NCBI RefSeq assembly: GCF_000150275.1
Contig: NW_002060946.1
Span: 4,359,454-4,423,453, forward strand
Direction: 5' to 3'
DNA: 64,000 nt
Source: Trichoplax adhaerens
Taxonomy: Eukaryota; Animalia; Placozoa
The notes under the pieces are model-generated. The model was given only the letters and a program-made list of their open reading frames with translations, made no database searches and was not told the origin of the DNA. The translations under genes were made by a program, and so were the position numbers. Numbering within the stretch: the stretch's first letter is position 1; every line of letters starts with the position of its first letter. Positions 13,603 to 34,472 of the stretch are shown in pieces.

Positions 13603-16600
13603 TTAGCCATCTCTCCAGGTTACTAGTACTTCGTCAGTTCGATATCTAAGTTTAAGGGAAAACACAGTATAATTACGATAGCTTAGACTAGTTGTAATGA
13701 ATAAAAATTGAAGTACTTCTGTAATCTAACCGTTGAGTACACCACGTCTCGTTAAAAGGTGTTACTTGACCGGATGAAAACATTTCCCAACCAGCCTGTG
13801 CAATCATGGCTCCATTATCGATACAGTACCTTAATAATAATTATTATAAATAAAATGTATGTATAAGTGTAGGCTGTCTCCAGCTATAACGAAAGATACG
13901 TGGTTCTATTCTTTGTTATGAATACCTTTACAATACGAGTATAATTAATTAATTAATCAACCTTTCATCCGTGGCGCATAAAGTAGCCCCTCTCTCTTCA
14001 ACCATTTCACGCATCATTTGCTGAAGTCGTTCGTTGCCTAACAAGATAGAGTAAAAATAACGATAACGTATTCTAAAGGTCAATTTAAGATAGTATCTTG
14101 CGAGAAAGATTATTCCACTGTATGCTTACATCCTACACCGCCAACAATTAATACTTCATTAGAACCGCAATGAGCCATAGCGCGCTCTAAAATTTTTACA
14201 TGACGATAAATTTAGTGAGCATGTATTCATTACCTTATACTTTGCGGTAATACGAATCAATGAAGTTATATATGAATAGATTTTCAAAGCAAATACTGTC
14301 ATAGTAATCATAAGCATACCAGTAATTTCCACGAGCATTGCAAATAAAGTTTCTTGAAGTGAAAAACATAAATCTTCGGGTGTACATTCACCACCGTCTA
14401 ACTTCTTTTGAGCTATATCCTGCAGTAATAATAAAATTCTGGTAGCATACATTGTAGCCACTTTCTGCACTATCAAATATTCAAAATTATGTTAATATAC
14501 CTCGATATATGATAATATCCCGGAAAAGGAAACATCCATACCTTTGACTGTATAAGGCAGTTCGATAAATTTTTTACCTCTAGTCCACACATGAGAGCAC
14601 ATAAGTAGTTATGATAATTGACATGCTAATTACTGTATGTATACAGAAAATCAATTTCAACCTTTTTGCCATTTGTTCAATATTATAACCCGGACTAGGG
14701 TCGTTGGAGAGCTATTAGAAAGGAAGGAGATGCTTACATGGTTTCGTCTAATAAATTCGTGGATTATCAGGAAGTGAAAATAAAGCATAGACTATGATTA
14801 CTTTTAGGACACGAGCAAATCGATCAAGGCAATTTCCAACAGCAATATCGATGGTTTCACCGAAAATTCGATATCTATTCATTAAATAGGCTATAACCTA
14901 TAAAAATCAATAATATAAAAAGGGATAAAATTCTCTTACCATTGATGCTAAATTTAGTATTTTTTTTCTAGCAAGTACTATAGTATGGATCCCATCTACT
15001 GTAAGTAGTTGAAAATGGGGACAACGTTTAAGATGATGTTGCTCTTTCGTATTTCATTTTTTGACACAAAAGCATAGATATGTATAATCTAAATAGTATA
15101 CCTGTGTATTGCCACCACTAACATATAATACAGTTGGATTATCTGCTCCAGTTACTAAACGACCCATTTCGATATCTGAGAGTTATATTGTTAAAGACAA
15201 ATACTCCATGTAGTAACAGAAGAGTAAATCTTATCGTTACACTCTGTCACCATGATCATTCTCAAGGATAAGTATAAATTGCACTAAAATTGAGCATGAG
15301 TTTGTAAAATTTTCGAATGGAGATAGATACGTGCTATGCAATGATTAACAGCTACTATTGGCTTGTTCCATAGCTGCGCAACCGTTCTTGCAACAATAGC
15401 TACAGCAACCAAAGGAGCACCCATGCCAGGCCCTAGAAAAGTATCATTTCATTAGCAACAAAGATAGAGTAAATAATATTATAAAGTTGCTGTCATTGTT
15501 GTAATTCTGTCTTCTGTATATAAGACTATAATTGCAGTACCTTTTGTATAACAGACGCAGTCAATTTCATCTGGCGTAACATCAGCGTTGTCTAGTGCTC
15601 TATTTGAATAGGCAACGATAGTTTTTATTTACCAATTGGATAAGCAAAATTGTTAAAAAATTCTAGTTTGATTATTACAATTTCTTATCTAACATATATG
15701 TTTGGCAATTTTCTATGATAAAGTTAGTATTAATACAGGATATTTTTAAAGCAATCCAAATTAGTATGCCATTACTTTCGTAAGACGCTCAGTATATGAT
15801 CCCTATGATGCTTAGCAGTATCCCTCGGTTGAAATCCTAAGTGACAGGATGATATAGAAATATTAATAAAAATAAATTACATACTGTAAACAAGTATCTC
15901 TATTTGTTGTATAGTACGTACTATAAGTATACGTAGGTCATACATACACGTAATTAGTAAACGCTGAAATCTTGATCACTAATTACTTAATACGATAAGA
16001 TCGTCAACTAAACCTTCTGAAAGTATCACTCTCATACTACGTCAAGATTGAATAGATGGTGGACATCATGGTGTGGAAATTTTTCTATAGCAATTAAAGA
16101 CTGATCTCTTGCAAGATGTAGCTCGAATACAATCATTCATTTGATCGATTAATAAGACATACGTTAGCATGCATATTACAGTTATTGCTGTTAAAGTCTA
16201 TAAGGTAGCTGTGAGACATACGTAAGCATGCATATTACGGTTATCGATTAATAAGACATACGTAAGCATGCATATTACAGTTATTGCTGTTAAACTCTAT
16301 TTGCTAACTGTGTTAACTCACTCCCAATATGTAGTCAAAGAGTAGTCATCTATTAAATCGATATGTAAAATCTGAGCGTAAAAACAGTAATCTCCATTAA
16401 TTATTAATTAATTCTATCCATTGGTAAGGTGTAAACATGTACGAGTACTTTATAGTAGGTATCAGAACTGTGTAATCGGACCCAAGCTCACAACTGCTTA
16501 ATTTTGCAATCATTTGTAGAGGTCTGGAAGGTAGTGTATTGCAAAATTAATTGCTTCTATTGTACAGTAAATAGCGTTTTTGATAGTAAAGTTAACGCCT

Positions 16601-17046
16601 TTCAATATCGAGTAGAGTAGAAAAGTAATCATCCATTTTGATCAAGCTCACCACTGCTTAATTTTGCGAACCATTTGCAGAGGTTTGGTTGTTAATGTAT
16701 TGCAAAACTATTTGCTTCTACTGTACAGTAAATAACGTTTTTGATAACAAAATTAACGCCTTTCAATATCGAATAGAGTAGAAAAGTAGTCATCCATTTT
16801 GATCCATTACTAATTGTACTGCATCTATTTGTTACACAACGATCTGACATTTCTATTAGTAAGACATGATATCAGCATCTACTCATTGCACATTAGGCGC
16901 CACCTGCTGCAAGGTTACTAGCAAGACCTACCTTGACCTGGTGGTGTTATATAAGTATGGCGAACATTGGATAATACTTTCCCATCTCGGATTATGCCAA
17001 TACCTAATTTATTAGCACTGCCTTCAAAGCCAATAGCAGTAACCAT
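13603..17046 (-). CDS. OSGEP: tRNA N6-adenosine threonylcarbamoyltransferase (Kae1, KEOPS complex)
   Basis: Exons read [38 protein letters not shown]|[11 protein letters not shown]...YTK|GPGMGAPL...[29 protein letters not shown]...[24 protein letters not shown]...[16 protein letters not shown]...[13 protein letters not shown], near-colinear with OSGEP. Confidence 0.97.
16145..16803. repeat. Local tandem duplications in OSGEP intron 1
   Basis: A ~57-bp unit occurs at 16145-16201 and 16244-16300 with a partial copy between. A ~160-bp unit occurs at 16483-16642 and 16643-16803. Confidence 0.85.
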
Positions 17047-17574
17047 TGCTAGTGATCTCGATTGATTTATTCTTGTTCGCTATAGATGATTGGATTTCTT
17101 GCTCAGCTTCGATGAGCGATTTGCATCTATGCAGAAAGAAAATAGAGTATGATTACTCGAATGGCCAGCCTTGTCTCTCTTCTTGCAGTGTATACCTTAT
17201 ACGCTGATGGACTATTTCCAACACTTATCTTGAATATGACTTCGATCCAGCGATACTATAGCGTGTAGTAAACATGGCATTTGTACCATAGTAAATGGTG
17301 TTAATAGACTGAAATAGTCCTACAGCCTATCGTCACTACTATGCGAAAATCACTCGTTTCGCATACTATCGTCATAGAGCATCGTGGACACCACCCTCGT
17401 TTATTAGACATAGACTGACTTCATTAGCATCTCCAGGTGGATTCCATTTTACTACTTTAGTATCGCGGACGGGGACATTCAATATGAGGTTGGACGGTTC
17501 CTATGGTTGCAAACGCCAGCTTTGGCTAGACTATCGTTATGGCGCTTTGCTATCATAAAATCGACCAGCAGAAT

Positions 17575-18700
17575 GTCCACTTCATCCTGCACCGAAGACA
17601 TTAGACGATAGCATAGCTAATTTGTTTATTTAATCCACTTCATCATCTCCCATCTCCCATATTAATTAATAATTAATCAAGTCAAGAAGGAAGAGCTTGC
17701 ACAATCCAGTCAAGAAAGAAGGGCTGCACAATCCAATCAAGAAGGAAGAGCTTGCATAATCAAGTCAAGAAGGAACAGCTTGAATAATCAACTCAAGAAG
17801 GAAGAGCTTGCACAATTAACTCAAGAAGGAACAGCTTGCATAATCCAATCAAGAAGGAAGAGCTTGCATAATCAAGTCAAGAAGGAACAGCTTGCATAAT
17901 CAACTCAAGAAGGAACAGCTTGCACAATTAACTCAAGAAGGAACAGCTTGCATAATCAACTCAAGAAGGAAAAGCTTGCATAATCAAGTCAAGAAGGAAA
18001 GGCTTGTACAGTCAAGTCAAGAAGGAAAAGCTTGCACAGTCAAGTCAAGAAGGAAAAGCTTGCACAATCAACTCAAGAAGCAAGAGCTTGCACAATCAAC
18101 TCAAGAAGGAAGAGCTTGCACAATCAACTCAAGAAGGAAGAGCTTGCACAATCAACTCAAGAAGGAAGGAAGAGCTTGCACTATCAACTCAAGAAGGAAA
18201 AGCTTGCATAATCAAGAAGGAAGAGCTGGGATGCTTCTCGTTCAAGGCTAAACTTGATCTCTTTACTGCTTCTATCGTTCTCCTTATTTCATACACTTTG
18301 GATGCTACCTACCTCATCCTGCACCGAAGGTATCAGACGATAGAATAGCTAATTTATTTATTTATTCCACTTCATCATCTTCCTTAATCAAGTCAAGAAG
18401 GAAGAGCTTGAGTGCTTCTCACACGTTGGATGCTACCTCATCCTGCACCGAAGGTGTCAGAGAATAGAATAACTAATTTATTTATTTTTTCCACTTCATC
18501 ATCTGCCTTAATCAAGTCAAGAAGGAAGACCTTGGACGCTTCTTCTTGAAGGCTGAATTTTGTCTGTTTACTGCTTCTACTGTCTTCCTTATTTCACACA
18601 CATAAAGTCAAGAAGGAAGAGCTTGGGCGCTTCTTGTTCAAGCCTAAACACCTTGGTCTCTTTACTGCTTCTATCATTATTGCACATATTGGATGCTACT
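17575..18700. repeat. Higher-order ~120-bp repeat that contains the 28-bp monomer
   Basis: CATCCTGCACCGAAG..AGACGATAG.ATAGCTAATTT.TTTATT..TCCACTTCATCATCT..TTAATCAAGTCAAGAAGGAAGAGCTTG recurs at about 17580, 18312 and 18437, with partial copies to about 18700. Confidence 0.85.
17676..18228. repeat. 28-bp minisatellite (TCAAGAAGGAAGAGCTTGCACAATCAAC)n, about 19-20 copies
   Basis: Directly visible tandem copies with few substitutions. They explain the repetitive ORFs 17892-18251 and 18004-18348. Confidence 0.95.
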
Positions 18701-18797
18701 ATTGGAAACACTTTGATGACTCGATGGTAATAGTGTTAGCTAAACAAGGCTGATATCGTGGAACCTAATTCATTGCTTCAAGCTTGCATTCAACATC

Positions 18798-20587
18798 ATG
18801 GCCGTTCTTTCATTCAATGTTCGCACTATCTACAGTAGTATACCACAAGCTATCGGTGCTATCACCTTGTTTATTTGTATAGCTTTAGCCGAAAGTTTAA
18901 TTGCTTCACTAAAAGCTGAAACCAAGAAATATCGAGCATTTCGAGCTCAATTTTTAATGATCGTTCAAGTTTTACTCTTGATTGCAATACGGTTTATATG
19001 GGTACGAGTCAATGTTAATAAATGGTCAGGTCAATTTTGTAAATATTATTTACCTACGATTTTACGCTATCTATTAATCCTTTATTTCAGCCTTGTACAA
19101 GTAGCCTTTATTATTGGTACATGGCTAATGACAAATGATAAGAATTACTATAATCGTTCAATGTGTTTCATCATTTCACTTTGTTTGGGCTCGTTTTTTT
19201 GCCTACTATGTCTTGTTATTTTTATCGATCTCATCAATTATTTCAATCTTTGGCATCATTCACAAGAATTACGATTATCCAATAATTCCAAATGGCGAGT
19301 ATTAACTACAATTACGGTCTTTCTTTGTATCACTTGCGTTATCGTTTTTACTCTCTCGCGATCGCCTTATATCCAAACAGTAAATGTATCATTACGTCGT
19401 TTTCGCCGTGGTCAGCAAGGTATGGTTATCGCTCATCTCTGTAATATCCACCTCGGCCCCAACATTGATCAATCCTACTTACAAAGTATCGTTGAAACCA
19501 CCAATTCTGTTCATCCAGATTTCATTTTCTTAAATGGTGAACTCTTCAATCATGATGTTAATCAATTGATTCCATTGTTGCAACCTTTAAAACATTTACG
19601 AGCTCGACAGGGGATTTACTATTCGACAGGTAATGTGTGGCAATATAATGCAGCACAACCATAGATTATATTTAGCTTAGATCCTTACTAGAATTTACGG
19701 TCTCTGCATTAACAGTGTACGGTTAGTACAATAATGAATCTGTGTAAGAATTACGAGACCTTAACTATATCAATATCTATAGTTACATTGTACGCGTATA
19801 AATAAACAATGACGATTGTCTAATATTTCATATTTCATTAGGTCTACAAAAAAGTAAATCTTCCGATGTAGATAGCTGGATTAACGCGCTTAAATCTATT
19901 GGTATTACTACTTTGAATAATCAACGAATACAGATTAAGTATCATGCCAACAAACTAAATCAATTTTATCTAGCTGGCCTGGATTTACCTGAGAAATTCT
20001 ATACCAAGTAAGGATTTAACCAGAGATAGCCTAGTAAGACTCGTTGAATACTTGTAAGATCTAGCTAAAACTGTTATACTGTCATAATTGCATCTTTCCC
20101 TCACTGTGCTAATAAACCGACTATAATTGTTGGTAGTACAGTGGTAGTACATGGTAATGCTCTAATAGATACAGTACATATGAATTATTTGGTGTATTTC
20201 ATTATTTCTTAAAATTGGCTCATTTTATACAACCACTACGTTAGGAATAGAGATCAAAAACAAGAGTTACATCGGGTCTTAGCTGGTCGAAATACAAGTT
20301 GGCCGTTAATTTTATTAGCTCATCAACAGAAAATTTCCAGTCTTGTTATGAAATACGAGCAAAACATCGACTTATTATTAACAGCCAACAAATCTCCACA
20401 ATCACTCTCCTTTTTTCATATGGGCATGTATTTATACAATCCTTCTTTTGCTAAAGCTTATCATCATGATAGCCCCGTGTGTATTTACGTAAACGATGGA
20501 TTTAAGTACAAAGGCATACAAACAACTGTGCTTTCTGATAATTCTATCACTGTTATTAACTTACTGCCGAGGACAATAATTCCATAG
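18798..20587 (+). CDS. Transmembrane protein with a metallophosphoesterase-like domain (TMPPE-like); metal ligands degenerate
   Basis: Exons 18798-19629, 19842-20007 and 20245-20587 splice in frame. About five hydrophobic helices precede a calcineurin-like MPE scaffold (..IHLGP..PDFIFLNG..GIYYSTG..YLAGLD..ILLAHQ..IDLLLT..LYNPSF). Confidence 0.8.
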
Positions 20588-22195
20588 AAATGTTGTAAGT
20601 AAGATATCTATGCCTAATTTTCTTAAAATTTTCTCGAGTACAATTCAATGCAACCGTAGAGTTAACACTACGAGTCTACTCTAGAAAATCCCGCTAACTA
20701 CACGCGTACGAGTGCTTCTTATTATAATAGGAATACTGTAAGCTACTGGATAAATCCACATTTTATTCAAAAAACCAACTAATATAAATCCGTGTAAAAC
20801 GTCTTAGATAGTGACTATTAGTAAATATTTACATAAATTAGATAGTGATAACTATCTCACGGTCATTACTGTAAGCAAAAGCTACACAGTAACAATAATA
20901 TACTATAAATGAATCTATATTAATAATAAGAATGTAAGTATCCCCAGTAGACAAATATAATTAAATTATCGCATCAATTGTCAGCAGCTGTTAAACCGTA
21001 AGTTTACAGTATTGTTAAATGTTCACAAGTTGATTTTAATATTATTTTCCAGAAGTCACTTACAAAGTTAGTGATAAACAGTACTATTTAAGAGTAACAA
21101 GTTTGTAGCATTAAATGTTTTGTCAACTACATATATTATTGTATAATTACATTAACTTATTTTCCTTTATGGCAACTCTTCAATAGAAAACATGTTACAT
21201 AAAGCAATATTGATTGATATCAGCATTATTTATGTGGAACCAACTTTTACTACTAAGAATATTTCATCTTCTAACTACAATGTCGTATCACCTATGCAAT
21301 TACATTGATTTATTTTCTTTAGAGGAAATTCTTGATAGTACAATTTTTTTGAATATCCCATTGACTGTCTTTACAATACATAAATGACTAATTTCGTATA
21401 TACTATCGTTTAAATTATTAAGCGATATAAAAACAACATGTTACGAATTTAATCTTATGTTGTATTAGTAAATAACCAATCTCAGTGGCAGACTGACAAT
21501 TTTCTGTACTATCAATAAAAAGAATTGAACATATTACCATCTCCCGAAATACTGTCAATAATGCCGTACTCAATTATGATTTCACGTTTCAATTAAATGT
21601 TAAATCTTAATAAGAGAAACACTCCCACTTAATTTATTAGGATCTAATGATCAGGGACATCGTCATACGTAGCATAAACTGGCCTCGACACTAGATTAGA
21701 TGACATTTTTATGAAGCATAACAACTAAATGCTGGGTAATCGTTGGCCCTATCTTAATTTATAACGTATCACTTATGTGCGTGAATTTCCAATAAATAAG
21801 CACCTTTTGTAAGGTGCTATACAATTTATCTTTAGACACATTTCATTAATTTACTTTGACGTGATGTTCCGCGGACGGACCAAGAAAATATTCTTTTCTT
21901 TATTAGTCCGTTTTAGTTAATTCTCACATAAACAATTATCCCAATTTTAAACGCTTTTTAAAAAATAATATTTACAGTAATTTCTACAACAATAAGAACT
22001 ATTTAGAAGACTGTACAGATTTTTTAAGGTGATTATTATACAAATAAATAGAACTGTAATTCTATTAATTATATATTGTTTAGCAACTAACTCAACTCAA
22101 GTACAATCATCATTTCCGTCTACGTATATTGGATTTGGAAAATATAACTTCAACGAATTGCATGGTACACGTAAAGTAGCATCCATTCGAATTTT

Positions 22196-29886
<7,691 letters not shown>

Positions 29887-30328
29887 GATCCTTATAACAT
29901 GGTGTTGTCTCTATACAGTCTATCAGCCACAGCGTCATGACACGTCTAACAAGCAGTTTATTCCATTGACTCGAGCAATAGCGTCCCTGTCAGTCAAGAT
30001 TTGTCTCGATTTTTCTTGTTGACTACGATAGGATAACGGTGTTTTAAAAGCTGGACTCAGTTCTACTTCACTATATCTAAAAAGAATCCAATAAAATGGA
30101 ATAAATGTGCAATTCTCGGCTTGAGTTTTCACTGAATCTCGAGTAGAGAAGGCCTTGAAGAGCAAGCATAAACTCGTTCTCGCTGTTGAACAAGAAAGTG
30201 GTGCAGTCTGATTGCTCTTATATATTTAAGTACTATGATAGAGACTTGATTGCGTAGTACTATTGAAGCATAAATTCTCTGTGAAATCAATGAGTTCATA
30301 CTGTACACTCAGTGTTTTCACTGTCACC

Positions 30329-30346
30329 TTTGAAATATGGCGGGAA
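30329..30346 (-). promoter_or_regulatory. E2F site plus CHR element (DREAM-type) upstream of TONSL
   Basis: The plus strand reads TTTGAA-ATAT-GGCGGGAA, i.e. a CHR and an E2F/CDE-type site separated by 4 nt. Confidence 0.4.
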
Positions 30347-30347
30347 T

Positions 30348-31092
30348 GGTACGGCACGGTGCGGTTCGGTACGGTCTAGTACGATACGATACGGTACAGT
30401 ACGGTACAGTACAGTACAATGCCGTACCGTGCTGTCAGGTGTAAATGTCATGTCTGACTCACAAGGATTGTGTCGACAAGTTGAGGATGAAGGAAGGAGC
30501 TTTGTCGACAGGTTGATTACTGATGGTTACCCCGGCAGTCAGCGGCACAGAAAAGACAGTAATCCTCCTTAATTGTAATAAGGATAAGACTTGTATATGG
30601 ATAGTTATTAACTTATTAAGCTATAGCTCTTAGTAAGGCATTAGATGTAGTCGTCTCTGATTGGCTATCATTTTCAGTACAAGATAAGATAGTTACAGTC
30701 TTACAGATACTTACAGTACTATACTGTACTGTACAGTACAGTACGGTACTGTTACACCAGGGACTTGCGAGACATGCGATATACTGTAGATACTGTACTG
30801 TACGTTCGTGAATTTCCGCCGAAGAATTCTTGTTTCTTGAATAAATTTTATACCAATCGATAGAGAAAGTCTTCATTTACAAGATTACGTTGTTTAAATT
30901 TACATACGACGTCTAATTTCTTGGTAATTATTAGTTAGAGTGCGCTAATTGCTACAGTACCAAGAAAAAGTCAGAGTTTGCTACTGCACTGTACTGTACA
31001 CTGTACAGTACTGTACAGTGTACAGTACAGTATGTGTTACTGTAGACTACAGTACTGTACTATACACTGTACACTGTACAGTACATTACTGT
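30348..31092. repeat. (CAGTA/CGGTA/TACTG)n tracts in the TONSL/PSMG4 divergent promoter
   Basis: Tracts at about 30348-30430, 30710-30800 and 30985-31092. Confidence 0.85.
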
Positions 31093-31147
31093 CATGGCGA
31101 TCTGAGCTCAAAACGATACCACCAAAGTTAACGCCATTTGACGATCG

Positions 31148-32906
31148 ATGGAGACCAAGGATATAGAAAAAACACTAGATACACCAATCTATAATTTCTC
31201 AGCTGTTATTGGTGATACGACTGTGTATTATCATGTCATGAAGATGGATCAGAGTCTATTCTTTTGGATAGGTACTTCTCTTACAATGGATGATATGGCT
31301 GTTGCCATAGGAAATCGAGATAGCAATGTAAGGTTTCTATCTCACTTTTGTCATGAAATCATTCTACAATAATTATAAATTGAACGACCGACCAATCTGA
31401 GAGCTGACGCCAAAACGGTATATACTGTACCTTACTGAGAGAAGTTCTATCGTGATAGCTTACATTAAATAAAATATGCAATGATTCATCAATAACTGCA
31501 AGGGTTACTTTTCTCCAGTCGTCCTCAATGTACTAGGAGAAACAACTGCATAAAATTGTCAAGGCCAGCGAACTGTAATGAGATTCCTATGACTGTGTAG
31601 CAAGAAATAGAGACTAAATGCACAGAGTCTCTAGTAATGAAGCAAAACGACATAGAGAAGCTCACCATTTCTATCGATCTTTTTGTAACGTTTGATCTTT
31701 GAAAATTTGTAAATTGTTTTCCTCATTAAAATACGTGCTGCATAGTCATTGAACCCTGAAACCATGATCCGTTATTCTACGAATTTGACATGTACTCGCA
31801 TATACTGTAAAATTGTAATTAGCTGATAACTGCAATAGGTCACATGCGATACATAATAGGGTGTACGGTGGCTTCGACCAGATTTGCATCGATGATTACG
31901 TTAGCTTACCCATTACATAGACGATGATTTTACAATGAATGCAATCAATTCTACATCAAGCAAAGGTATAAAATGTAGAACTTATTAATTGCAGCCAGTA
32001 TAACTTATGATTTATCCCTTTATTCGATTACTTGTCATCCAGTAATGTGAACACGAATAGTACAATATTTTTATCCACTTTCTATTCTTAAATTTTCAGT
32101 AATAAGCCTAATAAACTAAGTCACAGTTTTGATTCATACAAATCGCTAACCCTTTGTTGTTGCATTTTATAGGATGGACCTCCTGTTGCATGTAAAATTA
32201 TAGGTGACATGACTGATATGACCCAAACAAATCTGGCACTAAAACTCTGTAAGTTTTGCTTCTAAAGCTCTCTCTTTTCATAACAACGATACAAATATAG
32301 CTAAATATAGTGCATTTCTATTTTGAATTTGTACCGTATACATCATAGTCTTGCTATATATATATAGTCTGATCTGTTTGTGTTTGCTCACCCCAAGTTT
32401 AAACTTATAATTTGTATATTATGATGTCAATTACTTACTATGCTATGTATTACTATTGATGTCTTAATATGTAATTGCATGTGAACGATAATGCCCCTCG
32501 TTCCGCTTAATTAAGTAATGCAATATTATAAACTTCTTAAAACTGCCTTGATACGATTATAATTATTTACTCAACGAGCAAGCCTATCGAATCACTCATT
32601 GTAATATACAGTATACTCAATGAATGTATCTCATCATTAGGCCACATATATTTTCTAGCACTACTGAAAGACTTCTACTCGATGTATGCGTAGTATATTC
32701 TTTATCATGTCAAACATTTAAAGTACTTCGCGGTGATAGCATATGGCATCATTAGTACTCTTAACCGAGTTATCTGTAAAACAAATATAGGTAAACGGAC
32801 CGGAAAGCAAAGCTTTGTTAGCTACAACGTTCCAGAGGAAGTCATGCCAGACCTCGTTCAGAAACGATTAATTGAGGAGATGGTCGATCATCCAGAAAAA
32901 TTTTAG
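31148..32906 (+). CDS. PSMG4: Proteasome assembly chaperone 4 (3 exons)
   Basis: METKDIEKTLDTPIYNFSAVIGDTTVYYHVMKMDQSLFFWIG...|DGPPVACKIIGDMTDMTQTNLALKL|CKRTGKQSFVSYNVPEE...LIEEMVDHPEKF* matches PSMG4 (HNFS, HVMRLTDSLFLWVG, KQVFVSYN, EEMEAFPEKF). Confidence 0.93.
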
Positions 32907-34472
32907 CTCGATTTACTGATTTACCGTTAAATACAAAATGTCCCAACATATGTACATACTGGTATATGCTCTGAATAATGCGTAATTAGAGCAGACTATT
33001 ATAGCTATAAGGTAGCTAAAAACAACTTAAAGGTATGATTTGTCTTAGTATAACCGACGGTCATTAACGAATAAAGCATTACCGATGATTTACCAAGATT
33101 GTAAGCGTTGGAAATGAGTCTACATACAATATAAAGTTGTTGTGGTATCTTTGCTATAATACAGTATCCTAGAAACGTTTTTGTAAATCATTTATTATTC
33201 TGATGCCCTATACATGCCGAATTCCTTTTATTGTAAAAAACTTATATATTCGTATATCATTTTGCAAGATATTTGATGCAATAAGACTGATGTACAGTAG
33301 GTAACCATGCTACATGACATGCATATTGCGATATCGGAAGTATTCATCAATGTTAATAAATCTTACTTTTGACCGAAGCTGTGCATACAATATTGGACGG
33401 TCTAAGCTACCATCTTCTCAACTACATCCTTAGTGAGATGTTGATGATAATAAACGATGCAAGTGATGTACTATAGGATTGTTAGTTAAATTAGTAGTTG
33501 CGCTTACTGCTTGTTTAGTCTTCTACGAGTATGTATCTTCTATCATACCTTAATGTAAAGGAATATCTACTTTGCTTGTACAATATTTATTACTTGGCCA
33601 AATTGAAGATAAAAATTTCAATTCCATCAAGTCAATAGTAAATTAAGTAAAATCCTTTTGAGACTACAGTAAAAGCACATGGAAACTGCATGTTCTGTCG
33701 TATTGAAATGACTACTTACTACGATCACTTATAATGATGATTACTTTATGTATACTTTACATACCAAAATCGATTTTATTATGCTATTAGCTACCAGGAC
33801 AAATCAGTAACTTATGCAATGTGCTGTTAGCTACAACCAAGCAAAAATTTTAAAAGACGGGATTTTTTTGCAAGACAGCATCTACCCTAACGTATCATAA
33901 CGCGTAGTAGACTTTTATAACCAAGCTAGATTGTACTTGACAGAGAGTAAGGCGTATCAAGTACTGTATAGCAATGAAATACTCTTTCGCAGCTTTATTG
34001 CTAATATTTTCAGTTTGCCAGCTTTCAATTGCCGTTAGAAAAGGGTACAAGATGCAGATAGAGCTATGAATTTAGTAGTAGCATAAACACATCAATTATT
34101 ACCCTACCATCATGGTTATTAAGATTGTTGATATCCGGCATCAGAATCAACAAAAATTCTCCTACAGTAATAAAAGATGATACTAGACAGAAACCTCATC
34201 AAAAACTGATGATCGGAAGATTGACATGAATAGAAATATCTTTTAAGATTGAATAGTTTAATAGGCAATAATAAATGCTCATTAAAGGGAATTTTCTATG
34301 ACCGATCCTGTAAATGAATAATAAAATAAATGATTATTGTACTAACAGATAGGTTAATAATTGAGCAAAGACGCGACGTGCAAGCGTATGCTAGTGGGAA
34401 AATGGCAACGACTGGGTACAGTATCATACGAGTACACTTGAAAAGCATTCATTCTATTGAAGCAAATATACA

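Noticed and set aside
17300-17560. RNase MRP RNA (minus-strand GAATGTCCCCG)
   Set aside because: No complementary GGGGCTYA CR-V element lies downstream on that strand.
17676-18228. CRISPR-like array
   Set aside because: The repeats are head-to-tail with no unique spacers, there are no cas genes, and the context is eukaryotic.
17892-18348. Repetitive ORFs of 119 and 114 aa
   Set aside because: They are translations of a stop-poor 28-bp minisatellite whose unit is not a multiple of 3, so the same peptides cycle through the frames.
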